This document shows, one piece after another, positions 18,960 to 29,342 of a DNA stretch of 64,000 nucleotides. The stretch lies in the IMG/VR virus record IMGVR_UViG_3300010340_001609, positions 28,325 through 92,324 of that record; one strand, written 5' to 3'. The stretch is from a virus (taxonomy: Duplodnaviria; Caudoviricetes). The first letter of the stretch is position 1; every line of letters begins with the position of its first letter. The notes below the pieces were generated by a model. It made no database searches, was not told where the DNA came from, and was given only the letters and a program-made list of their open reading frames with translations. A program made the position numbers and the translations under genes.

Positions 18960-21054
18960 TTTCTCCTAATATTTCTTTTAGTTCAGAAGCTTTCAACAAT
19001 GTTTGTTCATTTGATCTATCAATGTTTAATGCAAGTTTTCTAATTTCTCTTTTTTGCATTATTTTTGATTGCATTCTGTTTTCAACACCAGAGCTTGCAA
19101 CAATGTAATAACACTTAACGGGTTTTGTTTGTAATGTTCTGTGGATTCTAGCATTTCTTTGATCTATTTTGGCTGGGTTCCATGGTATTTCTGTATGTAC
19201 GATTACATTGCTGACCGTCTGCAAGCCATCTAAACCAGTTCCGCCAGCATCAGAAGAAAGAAATATCATTGTTGATGAATCTGTTTTAAACTGTTCTACA
19301 AGTTTTGGCCGTTGTTTTGTAGGAACATCTCCAGAATATATAACATATTTTATGTTTGGAAATTCTTTTTTAATCATTCTTTCAATAATGGCGAGCATTT
19401 CTGTCCATTCAGAAAATAATACAAGTTTTTCATTTTGATTAATACAATGATCCATTATCATATTTTTGACTAAATCTATTTTTGGTTCATAGTAATCTTT
19501 ACTAGTTTTGGTTAATAGTTCAGAAGCTGTACATGCTTGTCTTGCCTTTAACAAATAGGCATTAAGCATAATTTGTTCGTGTGCGCGCAAAGGTTTTTCC
19601 ATCCCTTTTTTTAAAAGCGTATCTGCCATTATTCTATAAGTTTCTTCTACTTTTTTCTGCTCTTCTGATAAATCAATGTATTTCGTTTCTTCTGTTAATG
19701 GAGGAAGTTTTTTTCTTAGTTCTTCTTCAGAAATTGAAAACACACAATGTTGTATTTTTTTGTGTAAAAGATCTATATTTTTAATACCATTATAAACAAT
19801 TTTATATTTTGATGCAGCAATTACATTTTGAAAATTTCTATCAAATTTCCATTTTGGACCCAAGGCCGAATCATCAACAATTTGCATTGTGTTATATAAA
19901 TCATCTAATTTGTTTTCAATAATAGTTCCTGATAAACCAAAAAAATATTCCGATTTAAGTTTTCTTATAGCTTTCCAAGTTTTTGTTTCACTATTTTTAA
20001 CCGTTTGCAATTCATCAACTATTAACATATCTGCAATATATCTTGTTTTTTTTCCTTCTCCAACTAAATCATCAATATATCTTGTCATCATATGGTAGTT
20101 TATAATTCCAATACCTTTTCCTTCCCATTCTTTTATTTCTTTTTGAGAGGACAGTATTACAGAATCCAAACCCGTGAAACGCTTAATTTCTTTTACCCAT
20201 TGCTGTTTAAGAGTATTTGGAACTATAACAAATAATGTGAAATTTTCATTTTCATCATGAAATTTCTTGAATAAAGAAATAGAAGTAAGTGTTTTTCCTC
20301 CTCCTGGTGGAAGTGCAACCACAGACCGTTTAGCTGCCAAACAATCTATAAAAATATCCTTTTGATAATCAAATAAACTGATACCAGGAACAATTGTTTC
20401 TAATTCCTTTTTAATTGATGTCTCTAGTATTTTTTCTTTATTAAAAAGAAATTTATTTACCTTACTAAGTTTATCTATTTTAATTTCTGATTCTATTTTT
20501 ATTCTGGCAGACCCTGAAATAAAAACTTCTAACTCTTCTGAATGTTCTAAAAGAAGTTCTTTGTGTTCTTTATTGAAATCCTTAAATAAAAGAAGCACTT
20601 CTTCTCTATGATTTGAACCAGTAACCGTGTACTGCTCTTTTGAAAAATTATATTGTATGAATGTTTTATATTTTAATTTTTGTTTTATTTTGCTTGATAC
20701 GTTATGAATGATTTTAAAAATTTCTTCTTTTTTATGATATTTAACTAATCTATGAAGCACAGCAATATGTTCACAAAAATTAAGTTCCTGTTCTTTAAAT
20801 TCCGAACAGGAACAAAAATGATTTGAACTGTCATTTTTTTCGACACCAACAAATTCAATATAATCCTTGTTTATTTTAAGTTTTAATGGCAATTTTTCTT
20901 GATTTTCATCAAAACTAATTTTATACTTTTTCCCTGTGGAATATTGAAATATCTTTTTTCTTTCCAAATCATCTGCCGCAGCGGAATCTTCGAAATTTGA
21001 ATATTCTTTTTCGTTTTTTTCTTTATCCAAAGATAAAAGTTCATGTTCAATCAT
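18949..21054 (-). CDS. SWIM zinc finger plus SNF2-family helicase/ATPase
   Basis: CSC...CEH SWIM; PPGGGKT, IVDELQ, LSGTIIEN, LVLFSEW, DAGGTGLD, PWNPAKIDQRNARIHR. Confidence 0.9.
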   Translation of the reverse strand: MIEHELLSLDKEKNEKEYSNFEDSAAADDLERKKIFQYSTGKKYKISFDENQEKLPLKLKINKDYIEFVGVEKNDSSNHFCSCSEFKEQELNFCEHIAVLHRLVKYHKKEEIFKIIHNVSSKIKQKLKYKTFIQYNFSKEQYTVTGSNHREEVLLLFKDFNKEHKELLLEHSEELEVFISGSARIKIESEIKIDKLSKVNKFLFNKEKILETSIKKELETIVPGISLFDYQKDIFIDCLAAKRSVVALPPGGGKTLTSISLFKKFHDENENFTLFVIVPNTLKQQWVKEIKRFTGLDSVILSSQKEIKEWEGKGIGIINYHMMTRYIDDLVGEGKKTRYIADMLIVDELQTVKNSETKTWKAIRKLKSEYFFGLSGTIIENKLDDLYNTMQIVDDSALGPKWKFDRNFQNVIAASKYKIVYNGIKNIDLLHKKIQHCVFSISEEELRKKLPPLTEETKYIDLSEEQKKVEETYRIMADTLLKKGMEKPLRAHEQIMLNAYLLKARQACTASELLTKTSKDYYEPKIDLVKNMIMDHCINQNEKLVLFSEWTEMLAIIERMIKKEFPNIKYVIYSGDVPTKQRPKLVEQFKTDSSTMIFLSSDAGGTGLDGLQTVSNVIVHTEIPWNPAKIDQRNARIHRTLQTKPVKCYYIVASSGVENRMQSKIMQKREIRKLALNIDRSNEQTLLKASELKEILGENDE

Positions 21055-21124
21055 TGATTTTAGCCTTATAATTTAACCTAACAGTTTGACTTGTCAAGTA
21101 AAATCATAATTAGATTAAAATCTA

Positions 21125-21619
21125 ATGCTGTTTGAAGTAGCTCCCCCTGGCAAAAAATACGAAAAATTAGTCTTGAAATTGAAAAAGAAATACGGCGAAA
21201 ACAGTGAGAAACCGTTTGCGCTGGCTTGGGCAATTTACAATAAAAGGAACAAACCCAGGCACGCCGACGAATCTGTCGGTGACAAGTATGGTATAACTGG
21301 AATGCAAGATCAACTGTTAGCAGAAAAAAAGAATTCAAAACAAAATGAATTTAAACTAAAAGAATTATTGTTCGAGTCTAGTTCAGATATTGAAGAAAAA
21401 GAAGATCAAATAGAAGAAGGAAATTCTTTTCAAGATATTGTAGAATCAATGTCATTGAAAGAAATATTCCAATACGCTTCTGCTAATTTTAAAAAATTAG
21501 GAGAAGGAGAAGGAAGAGCTGTTTTTGATATTGGAAATAATAAAGTTGTTAAAATTGCAAAAGATAAAAGTGGTATAGCTCAAAATAAAAATGAATCTCT
21601 TACGTATGATGTTTTGTGA
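21125..21619 (+). CDS. Protein-kinase-like protein (paralog 2), N-lobe part
   Basis: LGEGEGRAVFDIGNNKVVKIAK...QNKNE, then a stop; matches the N-lobe of paralogs 1 and 3. Confidence 0.65.
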   Translation: MLFEVAPPGKKYEKLVLKLKKKYGENSEKPFALAWAIYNKRNKPRHADESVGDKYGITGMQDQLLAEKKNSKQNEFKLKELLFESSSDIEEKEDQIEEGNSFQDIVESMSLKEIFQYASANFKKLGEGEGRAVFDIGNNKVVKIAKDKSGIAQNKNESLTYDVL

Positions 21620-22104
21620 GCAATAATGAAGAAGAAATTTTACCAGAAATATTCTGGTCAGACCATAAATACAGATTTTTAGTCGTTGAAATGGTAAATC
21701 CAATCACAGAGTCCCAGTTTGAATCTAAAACTGGGATTCCCTGGGATCAGTACGAATATGAATTAGAGGGACTCTATCGGGCATACAAAGCTAATATATT
21801 TGATCCAAATGAAGATGATACGGTCAACATGACTGATTTAGAATCAGGTCATAATTTTTCTTCTCGATATCAATATGAGGAATGGAGAACAGATGAAGAT
21901 GGATCACTTATAACAGATGAAGAAGATGATATCAGAACTGTTACTCAGTTTGAAAAAAAGATAATAAACCTTATTTCTCAAGGTGATCTTTTATTAGGTG
22001 ATTTGTTATATCTACATCATTACGGTTTAACAAATGATGGAAGAATTGTTCTTATCGATTCAGGGTTCACATTTCAAACAAAACTTGCCAATTATTATAA
22101 TTGA
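21616..22104 (+). CDS. Protein-kinase-like protein (paralog 2), C-lobe part in the -1 frame
   Basis: LPEIF...FLVVEMV...LGDLLYLHHYG...IVLIDSGF continues the kinase alignment; GTGA overlap with the upstream ORF. Confidence 0.65.
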   Translation: MSNNEEEILPEIFWSDHKYRFLVVEMVNPITESQFESKTGIPWDQYEYELEGLYRAYKANIFDPNEDDTVNMTDLESGHNFSSRYQYEEWRTDEDGSLITDEEDDIRTVTQFEKKIINLISQGDLLLGDLLYLHHYGLTNDGRIVLIDSGFTFQTKLANYYN

Positions 22105-23153
22105 TATACTAATCCTTCAGATGAACCTGATTCACTTATTTTTTCAAATCCTAATTTAATAAGAAGGTTTTCCATTAAAGGATTGATCACTTGGGCCTGT
22201 ATTTTCGTTCCGTGTTTTTTATAACGACTTATAATATTAGTTATTAATTTTGTCGCAATTCCGAGATTTCTATGAGAGTCGTCAACAGCAATACTAAATC
22301 TAACAATAGATTGAATACCAGAATCGTAATCATCTTCATTGGGCATTTCTTTAGAAATTACTGAACCACCTATCACTTTTCCATCTTCTGTAATTGCAGC
22401 TTCAAATGGGTGTTCTATAGACATTATTCGAACCTCTGCATTTGCAAAAATTTGACTTAAATCATAAAATAAATCGCTCGCTTCAATAGTTTGACCATTC
22501 TGAAGATTTATTTCGTAATCTTCTTCATCTGAATCAGATATATCAATTATATTATAATTCGTTTTTGCTTCAAAAAGAAATTCATCCTTTTCTTTTAATG
22601 ACATATCAATAATATCAATAATTTTTTGATATAATTCCTCTTCCGAATCCAAAGAATCAAGTTTTATTATTTCAAGACTTGGTTTTACCCATACTCTAAC
22701 AACTTCTCTTTTAAAAACTATTTCAACTTTTATATCTTTGTATGTAAATGATAAAATATCATTTTTAAAAAGTGCATCTGGGAACTTAATTTTAAAATAA
22801 TTTACAATGCTTTTGCTTGTTGGTTTATTACCAAGTTTTTTTAAAAAACGATGTATTTCTTTTGTTAAAGAAAGAATACCCTGTGCTTGGATACTTTCAG
22901 CTCCTACGAATTTTATTGTTTTTTCAAACTTATATAAATTATATATAATTTTTACAGTAAGAAGTTTTTTTTCATTTGAATAAAATAATTCACCGTTAAA
23001 TTTGTTGTTAACAATAAATGTTAACATAGCATGTTCTATAAAATTTGATGAATGCGTTACTTTAAATTCAAAATCTGTAATTTCAGACTGAAAAAAATCA
23101 ACTATATCTTTAAGTGTTTCTGTAAAATCATAGAAAAATGGTTTTAATTGCAT
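22095..23153 (-). CDS. Protein with C-terminal GNAT acetyltransferase domain
   Basis: FSIAVDDSHRNLGIATKLI acetyl-CoA motif A; LIKLGFE. Confidence 0.7.
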   Translation of the reverse strand: MQLKPFFYDFTETLKDIVDFFQSEITDFEFKVTHSSNFIEHAMLTFIVNNKFNGELFYSNEKKLLTVKIIYNLYKFEKTIKFVGAESIQAQGILSLTKEIHRFLKKLGNKPTSKSIVNYFKIKFPDALFKNDILSFTYKDIKVEIVFKREVVRVWVKPSLEIIKLDSLDSEEELYQKIIDIIDMSLKEKDEFLFEAKTNYNIIDISDSDEEDYEINLQNGQTIEASDLFYDLSQIFANAEVRIMSIEHPFEAAITEDGKVIGGSVISKEMPNEDDYDSGIQSIVRFSIAVDDSHRNLGIATKLITNIISRYKKHGTKIQAQVINPLMENLLIKLGFEKISESGSSEGLVYQL

Positions 23154-23980
23154 TATACTTTACTATAAGTAAAATGATAGAAATTAAATCAACAGAGCAA
23201 ATAAAATTAATGAAAGATTCTGGTAAACTTGCCGCGGATACACTTTTAGCAGTCGGAGAATTAATCAAACCAGGAATAACAGGAAAAGACATTGATTTAT
23301 TTGTTAAATTCTTCACAGAAAAACATGGCGGCAAATGCGCTCCTTTTGGATATAGAAATAAAATTAATGAGAATTATCCATTCCCAGCGTATAGTTGTAT
23401 ATCTCCTAACAATGTAATTTGTCATGGAATTCCGACTTCAGAACCTTTAGACAATCAAATTTTTAATGTTGATATTACAACTATTTTAAATGGGGCTCAC
23501 GGCGATACAAGTGCAATGTTTTATTTAGGAAACATTTCAGAACAACAAATTAAAATAATGAAAGTCGCTAAAGAATGTCTTGATCTTGGAATTTCCAAAC
23601 TAAAAGAAAATATTAGAATTGGGGAATTAGCTTCTACAATAGAAAAACACGCGATAGAAAATAATTTCAGTATTGTAAAAGAATTTTGTGGGCATGGCAT
23701 AGGAATTGGAGAAAATGGATTTCACATGGTTCCAAATATTTTACATTTCGATAATAAAGAAAGAGGAATAAGACTTCCTAAAAATTTGACACATACAGTT
23801 GAGCCTATTTTAATAGAAAAAGAAAATTATGAATTAATTTTAGATTCAAATGATTATTGGACTTTTTATTCTAATTTTATTTCTGCACAATGGGAACACA
23901 CTGTTTTAATCACCGAACAAGGATGTGAAATTTTAACCCAAAGAAATGATATACTTAAAAATAGTATTGAAACTTTTTAA
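23138..23980 (+). CDS. map: Methionine aminopeptidase type I
   Basis: CISPNNVICHGIP, DIT...HGDTS, GHGIG...FH, VEP, AQWEHTV; likely start at 23174. Confidence 0.95.
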   Translation: MVLIALYFTISKMIEIKSTEQIKLMKDSGKLAADTLLAVGELIKPGITGKDIDLFVKFFTEKHGGKCAPFGYRNKINENYPFPAYSCISPNNVICHGIPTSEPLDNQIFNVDITTILNGAHGDTSAMFYLGNISEQQIKIMKVAKECLDLGISKLKENIRIGELASTIEKHAIENNFSIVKEFCGHGIGIGENGFHMVPNILHFDNKERGIRLPKNLTHTVEPILIEKENYELILDSNDYWTFYSNFISAQWEHTVLITEQGCEILTQRNDILKNSIETF

Positions 23981-24948
23981 AATTCTTGTATTAAAGTTTG
24001 AATTTCTTTAATAACGTTTTCATACGTATTTTTAAAATTAGAAGCACAAGATATCTTTTCTTCTAATGTTCTTTTTTTAATTTGATTTAAACTCTGCAAA
24101 AATTGATTTGCAGAATGAAACTTAATCATTTCAGGTATTTTTTCTGTTTTAAGGATTTTTTCATACAAGGGCAGTGTTTCAATTAATATAATTTTACAAC
24201 CAGAAGCACTTGCCTCACCAACTCTAACTGGATATTCTAATATTACTGGGTTTGTTTGTTCGTGCAATACATAATCCGTTTCTTTATACATTTTAATACA
24301 TTCCATTGGATCAATCGGACCACCTTGCTCAACAAAATGAAAATTAACTTGCCCAGGAAGATTTTTAACAATCTCTAAAATATTTGGTCTGTTAGACCCT
24401 GTTCCAAAATATGAAAATTTATATTTAGATTCTTTAATTTCTGACAATTGAACACTCTCAGATAAAGAACAGGGAATGTATGTTAGAATTAAATTATCTA
24501 ATATTTTAACTGATGTTTGATTTAGCTTTTTTTTAGAATTAAAAATTTCTAAAATATTATCTATATTTTGCCCTTCAAATCCAATTGTTTGATACATAGC
24601 AGTTCCATAAGATTCTGAATATCTTTCATTTACTTCTTGGTCTATCATAAATGACTTTGGAGCTAATATAATATTCATTTCTTTGTTTTTTAACGCATAT
24701 TCTATTATTTTATTTACATCATAATTTGACCATAAAATTAAAGTTTTTATACGTTTTGTATGTTCAGGTAAATTTCCATCTTCAGAAAATAAGATTTCGA
24801 TTTCTCCTAATTTTGCAATTTGTGCTTCATCTATAAATCTTAAATGAGATACTTGATATTCAAGTTTTGAAAATCCATTAATAAAGCCTTCAATTTTTTT
24901 ATAATTGTAATTTTCTTTACCTATTCCTACGACTACTACATTTTTCAT
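23977..24948 (-). CDS. Putative glycosyltransferase-like protein
   Basis: YKFSYFGT..NRP...RVGEASASGC resembles a GT-B C-terminal lobe; next to the FkbM gene. Confidence 0.5.
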   Translation of the reverse strand: MKNVVVVGIGKENYNYKKIEGFINGFSKLEYQVSHLRFIDEAQIAKLGEIEILFSEDGNLPEHTKRIKTLILWSNYDVNKIIEYALKNKEMNIILAPKSFMIDQEVNERYSESYGTAMYQTIGFEGQNIDNILEIFNSKKKLNQTSVKILDNLILTYIPCSLSESVQLSEIKESKYKFSYFGTGSNRPNILEIVKNLPGQVNFHFVEQGGPIDPMECIKMYKETDYVLHEQTNPVILEYPVRVGEASASGCKIILIETLPLYEKILKTEKIPEMIKFHSANQFLQSLNQIKKRTLEEKISCASNFKNTYENVIKEIQTLIQEF

Positions 24949-24960
24949 ATTTTTACCTTT

Positions 24961-25617
24961 TTATTTTTTTCGTAAAAATAAAGCATCTCCCCATTGTTGG
25001 GGCACAGTTTCAAGCAATACCATTTCAAATCCATAATTTTCCAAAAATTTCTTTAATTCCTCAAGTTTAGGAGCACCTATATAAAGTTCTTCAAGATTTA
25101 TTTCTGTGTAAATTGCCTTAATGTTAGAATTATTTAATATATCACCAAATCCTTTTAAAACTTCTAATTCTGCGCCCTGGACATCTAAATTGATAAAATC
25201 ATATAAATTCATGTCTATATTTTCATTTTTAACAATTGTATCAAATCTTTTTGATTTAAGTTCGACAGTTTCTACAATTGTTATGTGTGGATAATAATCC
25301 TTATGTGTTCCTAACTCTAAAATTGAACTTGATTGATTGTTATTTGTAATATTAAATTTAATAGTCTCATTATCTTTTGACGTAAGAACTTCATTAAAAA
25401 ATATTTGATTCATTACATTGTCTTCTGGTGGAACCAGAAGCTCAGTAAGTTCTTTAAGAGAGTCCATTAACTTATGGTTTGCTTCGACCCAAATTACATT
25501 TTTAATTTCATTATTTCTGTATGATTCACACTCTTCACCTAAATGTGCTCCAATGTGAATAACGCCCTTAAATTTTGCGCCATTTGTTTTAACGCATTTT
25601 TCCATTGATATTAACAT
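24961..25617 (-). CDS. FkbM-family SAM methyltransferase
   Basis: VIHIGAHLGEE, VEAN, SSSILE, DFINLDVQGAELEVLKG, WGDALF. Confidence 0.9.
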   Translation of the reverse strand: MLISMEKCVKTNGAKFKGVIHIGAHLGEECESYRNNEIKNVIWVEANHKLMDSLKELTELLVPPEDNVMNQIFFNEVLTSKDNETIKFNITNNNQSSSILELGTHKDYYPHITIVETVELKSKRFDTIVKNENIDMNLYDFINLDVQGAELEVLKGFGDILNNSNIKAIYTEINLEELYIGAPKLEELKKFLENYGFEMVLLETVPQQWGDALFLRKK

Positions 25618-25709
25618 TAATTTTATATTGATGTTAATTTCATCTAAATGTTTTAGTTTTGTTTATATAAAACTTACTTTTCATATTACTAAAACTTATA
25701 ATACTAAGA

Positions 25710-26129
25710 ATGGATTCTAAACTTTATAAAGAGCTTTATGCAAGAAAATTTGATCCTAATCTAATAAAACTCTTATATTTGAAACTAGAAAAAGAAATTA
25801 GTAATTTATCAAAATCATCAATTATTCTTGATTCCATTGAAGTTGAAATTCTATCTTATTATATAGAATTTAAAATAAATTTTATTTCTAAAAATAAAAT
25901 TGATACAAAAAAATTTATTTTTAATTTTATTGATTCATATGAATCTTTTAAAGAAAATTATTTTAATGATAAAAAAAATTCGATTTTATCATTTTTTATT
26001 ACAGTTAAATATATTCCTTTACAAATTACAAATATAAATATAGATATAGATATAGATTTTTCATCTTTAAGCAAGGAAGAATTAACAATTTCAGAATTGT
26101 TTGGAATATTAAAACTTTTTACAAGTTGA
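25710..26129 (+). CDS. Hypothetical protein
   Basis: 139-aa ORF with TATAAT shortly upstream. Confidence 0.45.
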   Translation: MDSKLYKELYARKFDPNLIKLLYLKLEKEISNLSKSSIILDSIEVEILSYYIEFKINFISKNKIDTKKFIFNFIDSYESFKENYFNDKKNSILSFFITVKYIPLQITNINIDIDIDFSSLSKEELTISELFGILKLFTS

Positions 26130-26540
26130 AAATTACTTTAGGAGGTTCATTAACCCGTATTTGACAAGTTTTATAAAGTTTTTCAAAATCTTTTTGACAT
26201 AAAACAAAAAACTCATATTCATTTTTTATTTTAAAATCTTTTTTATTTTTAATAGAATGTGGATATTTTTTACTATAAAATTGAAAAATGACCAATGATT
26301 TTTTTGAGTTTATTCCAAAAAAAGATTTGAGTTTTCTTGTCGAGAAAACACCGACTAAATCTATTTCAAGACTATCATCAACAACAACTGTTCCAGGAAT
26401 TATTTTTATTGAAGATTTGAAAAAGAAATAATGTATAGATACATAATATCCTTTTGATTTTTTTTATTTATTGTAAATTTTACGTCTTTTGAAATCAGAT
26501 CAAAATTATTTCTATTGTTATTATTTTTTATTTTTTTCAT
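26119..26540 (-). pseudogene. Frameshifted hypothetical gene (about 140 aa if one A is restored in the A8 run)
   Basis: ATG at 26540 overlaps the gmd stop; this frame closes early, while the -1 frame from the A8 run (26458-26465) stays open to TAA at 26119. Confidence 0.45.
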
Positions 26541-27517
26541 GATTTACTATTCAATTTCAAATCTGCATCATACATTATTTTTGCCAATTCTTTAAACCTA
26601 ATTTTAGGTTCCCAACCAAGTTTTGCTTTTGCTTTCGAATAATCGCCACACAGAAAAGGAACTTCATGCACTCTAAAAAGTCTTGGATTGATTACTAAAT
26701 ATTTGTTTAAATCTAGTTCTGCGTACTCAAAAACAGTCTTAGCGAATTCTTCAACCGAATGAGATTCCCCAGTTGCAATGACGTAATCTTCTGGGTTTTC
26801 CTGTTGAAGCATTTTATGCATTGCCACGACGTATTCCTTTGCATATCCCCAGTCTCTTTTTGCGTATAAATTTCCTAATTCAAGTTTTTCTTGTAGCCCA
26901 AGTTTAATCCTTGCAGCAGCCATAGTAATTTTTCTAGTAACAAACGTTTCTCCCCTTCTTGGACTTTCGTGATTTTCTAAGATCCCACAAGAAATATGCA
27001 TTCCATAACCAGTTCTATAATTGTTAGCTAAATTATGTGCAAATACTTTTGCACAAGCATATGGAGATGCTGGCATAAATTTTGTATTTTCATTTTGTGG
27101 ACATTCAGTATTATCTCCAAACATTTCGCTTGAAGATGCTTGATATATTCTAGCCTTTGGGACAATTTCTTTCGCTGCGTTTAATAATTTTAAAAAACCC
27201 ATTCCAACAACATCTAATGTTTCTTCAGAAACTTCAAAAGATGCTTTAACATGAGATTGTGCCGCCAGGTTATATATTTCGTCTGGCTTGTGTTTATTTA
27301 ATAGATTCCATAGCGAACTACTATCAGACATATTACCATATTCAAGAATAAAATTTGGATTAGAATAAATTTCATCAATTCTACTTGTTGAAATAATACT
27401 TGTCCTACGTTTCATTCCAACTACTTTATATCCAAGCTCAAGTAAATATTCAGCTAAATAACTTCCATCTTGACCTGTAACACCAGTTATAAATGCAACT
27501 TTCTGTTGGATTTTCAT
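26537..27517 (-). CDS. gmd: GDP-mannose 4,6-dehydratase
   Basis: ITGVTGQDGSYLAE, YNLAAQSHV, YQASSSEMFG, SPYACAK, NHESPRRGETFVTRKIT, RDWGYA. Confidence 0.95.
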   Translation of the reverse strand: MKIQQKVAFITGVTGQDGSYLAEYLLELGYKVVGMKRRTSIISTSRIDEIYSNPNFILEYGNMSDSSSLWNLLNKHKPDEIYNLAAQSHVKASFEVSEETLDVVGMGFLKLLNAAKEIVPKARIYQASSSEMFGDNTECPQNENTKFMPASPYACAKVFAHNLANNYRTGYGMHISCGILENHESPRRGETFVTRKITMAAARIKLGLQEKLELGNLYAKRDWGYAKEYVVAMHKMLQQENPEDYVIATGESHSVEEFAKTVFEYAELDLNKYLVINPRLFRVHEVPFLCGDYSKAKAKLGWEPKIRFKELAKIMYDADLKLNSKS

Positions 27518-27552
27518 TTTATGAATTATGAAACAAGTTTAGTTAAATTGTT

Positions 27553-28371
27553 TTATTTTACTTTTAACTCTAATTCAACATGAACCGTATTGAAGCTTTT
27601 TCCTAAATAAAAATCTAAATCAAGAATTTTATCTTCTAAATACAATTGATTTAATTCTGATGCAGATCGTATATTTCCATGTTTATTTTTATAAACATTC
27701 TGGACAATGTTTGCTGGGATGTTGATTAGCTTTGGCGCCTCTAAAAAACAAGACGCATATTTTATTGATCGATCTACAGTTTCAGCCAACGCTGATTCAA
27801 ATTGATTTGGGTATTTAAAATTTATTAATGCTGTTTTCCCTTTTATGAAAGAAGTTAAAAACACATTTCCATCACAAGACATTGGATACCCCCAATCACC
27901 AGAAGCTAATTCCCAATTCCAACAAAATTCGTTTAAAAATTTTGGCTGTGGGCTGTTAGTATTTGTTGCATAACAAAAATCAATCCCACTCCATAATCTT
28001 AATGAAGTCGTCATGACATTCTTATCTGTTTTTAATATTTGAATTTCTTTGTCTTTTAAAGACCAATTATTTACGAAAATAATATCATCACATAAGAACA
28101 TAGTAAATTCTTTTGTTTCATCCATTAACCTCAACAATGTTTCTTTAAATGTTCCAAATTCGTTATCAGTAAAAAAATTAATATTTGTAGGACATTTCTC
28201 TTTTAATTTTTCATAAGCGTCAAAATATTCTATTGAAGTAAAGTCATAGACAACATTTATTTGAGTTTGATTAAATTCTTTAAATGTTTTTTCTAAACTT
28301 CTTAAATGTAAGTCAAGTTGCATTGCTCTGTCACGACTAAAAACAATTATATTTATTTTATCTTCACACAT
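27553..28371 (-). CDS. Glycosyltransferase-like protein (GT-A fold)
   Basis: IIVFSRDRAMQL, MFLCDDIIF, WGYPMSCDGNVF. Confidence 0.6.
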   Translation of the reverse strand: MCEDKINIIVFSRDRAMQLDLHLRSLEKTFKEFNQTQINVVYDFTSIEYFDAYEKLKEKCPTNINFFTDNEFGTFKETLLRLMDETKEFTMFLCDDIIFVNNWSLKDKEIQILKTDKNVMTTSLRLWSGIDFCYATNTNSPQPKFLNEFCWNWELASGDWGYPMSCDGNVFLTSFIKGKTALINFKYPNQFESALAETVDRSIKYASCFLEAPKLINIPANIVQNVYKNKHGNIRSASELNQLYLEDKILDLDFYLGKSFNTVHVELELKVK

Positions 28372-28411
28372 ATCTGAAGATTATAAATCTTGTGATTATT
28401 ATTTGTTTTTA

Positions 28412-28852
28412 TCAATTATATAGATTAGTATCAATTTCTTCGTTAATTTCTGCTTCGATAATTCTGAAAGTGTTTTCATTAGAAAATTTATCAATAAAAA
28501 GAAAATCAAATCTATAATAGAAAACACTTTCATCTTTTTTTGGATATACCAAAGAAGTAAGAGATAAATTTATATTTCTTTTGATTTTATCTATTACAAA
28601 TGGGATATCTTTTATTGATCCAATATTGTTAAATTCATTTAGCAAAACTTTTTGATCATTAAGAATTTTTTCTTTTTCTTTTGTTGATTCAAACTTAACA
28701 GCTTGTTTAAATTCTTCAAAAGAATTATTTTGAAATTCGTATAATTTTTTTATATGAGAAACAATTCTATCAAGAGCAAATAGTTCTGATGAAAATGATC
28801 CCCAAAAATCTAAACTATAATCTGAGTAATGAAAAAGATTGTATACTTTCAC
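28412..28852 (-). CDS. Hypothetical protein
   Basis: 146-aa ORF in a co-directional run. Confidence 0.45.
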   Translation of the reverse strand: MKVYNLFHYSDYSLDFWGSFSSELFALDRIVSHIKKLYEFQNNSFEEFKQAVKFESTKEKEKILNDQKVLLNEFNNIGSIKDIPFVIDKIKRNINLSLTSLVYPKKDESVFYYRFDFLFIDKFSNENTFRIIEAEINEEIDTNLYN

Positions 28853-28865
28853 TGTTTGTAACTTT

Positions 28866-29306
28866 CTATTTTTTTAGTTTTTTTTCATCTTTATCAAAAA
28901 CATGTAATTCAAGTTTTCTATTAAAAACAATAACAAGTATACTATATTGTTTTTTAGAATGATTAATACCTAAACGTCTTATTTTATTTTTTTCAAATAC
29001 TTTAGAAAATATATCAAATAAATGTTCATAAAAATATGAACAATCTCGATAAGATTGAAGATTTATTCGTTCTTTTAAAAGAACTGATATTAAATCATCA
29101 TCAGAATTAATGAGTTTTTTGGTTAAATCTGTATGAAAAATTAAACTTTTTCTGTAAGATGGATAGGCATATTTATACCTTATTATTTGATAATCTAAAT
29201 CAGGATCATTTTCAAAATTTGTTTTAATGCTACATAAAAGATATTCTACTGCCAAGTTTGCAACATCTTTTTCAAAGACATTTTCTGTGACTTTATCAAC
29301 TATCAT
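28866..29306 (-). CDS. Hypothetical protein
   Basis: 146-aa ORF in a co-directional run. Confidence 0.45.
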   Translation of the reverse strand: MIVDKVTENVFEKDVANLAVEYLLCSIKTNFENDPDLDYQIIRYKYAYPSYRKSLIFHTDLTKKLINSDDDLISVLLKERINLQSYRDCSYFYEHLFDIFSKVFEKNKIRRLGINHSKKQYSILVIVFNRKLELHVFDKDEKKLKK

Positions 29307-29342
29307 ATTATCTATAATAGTTTTTTCGCTGAAAAAAGTAAA

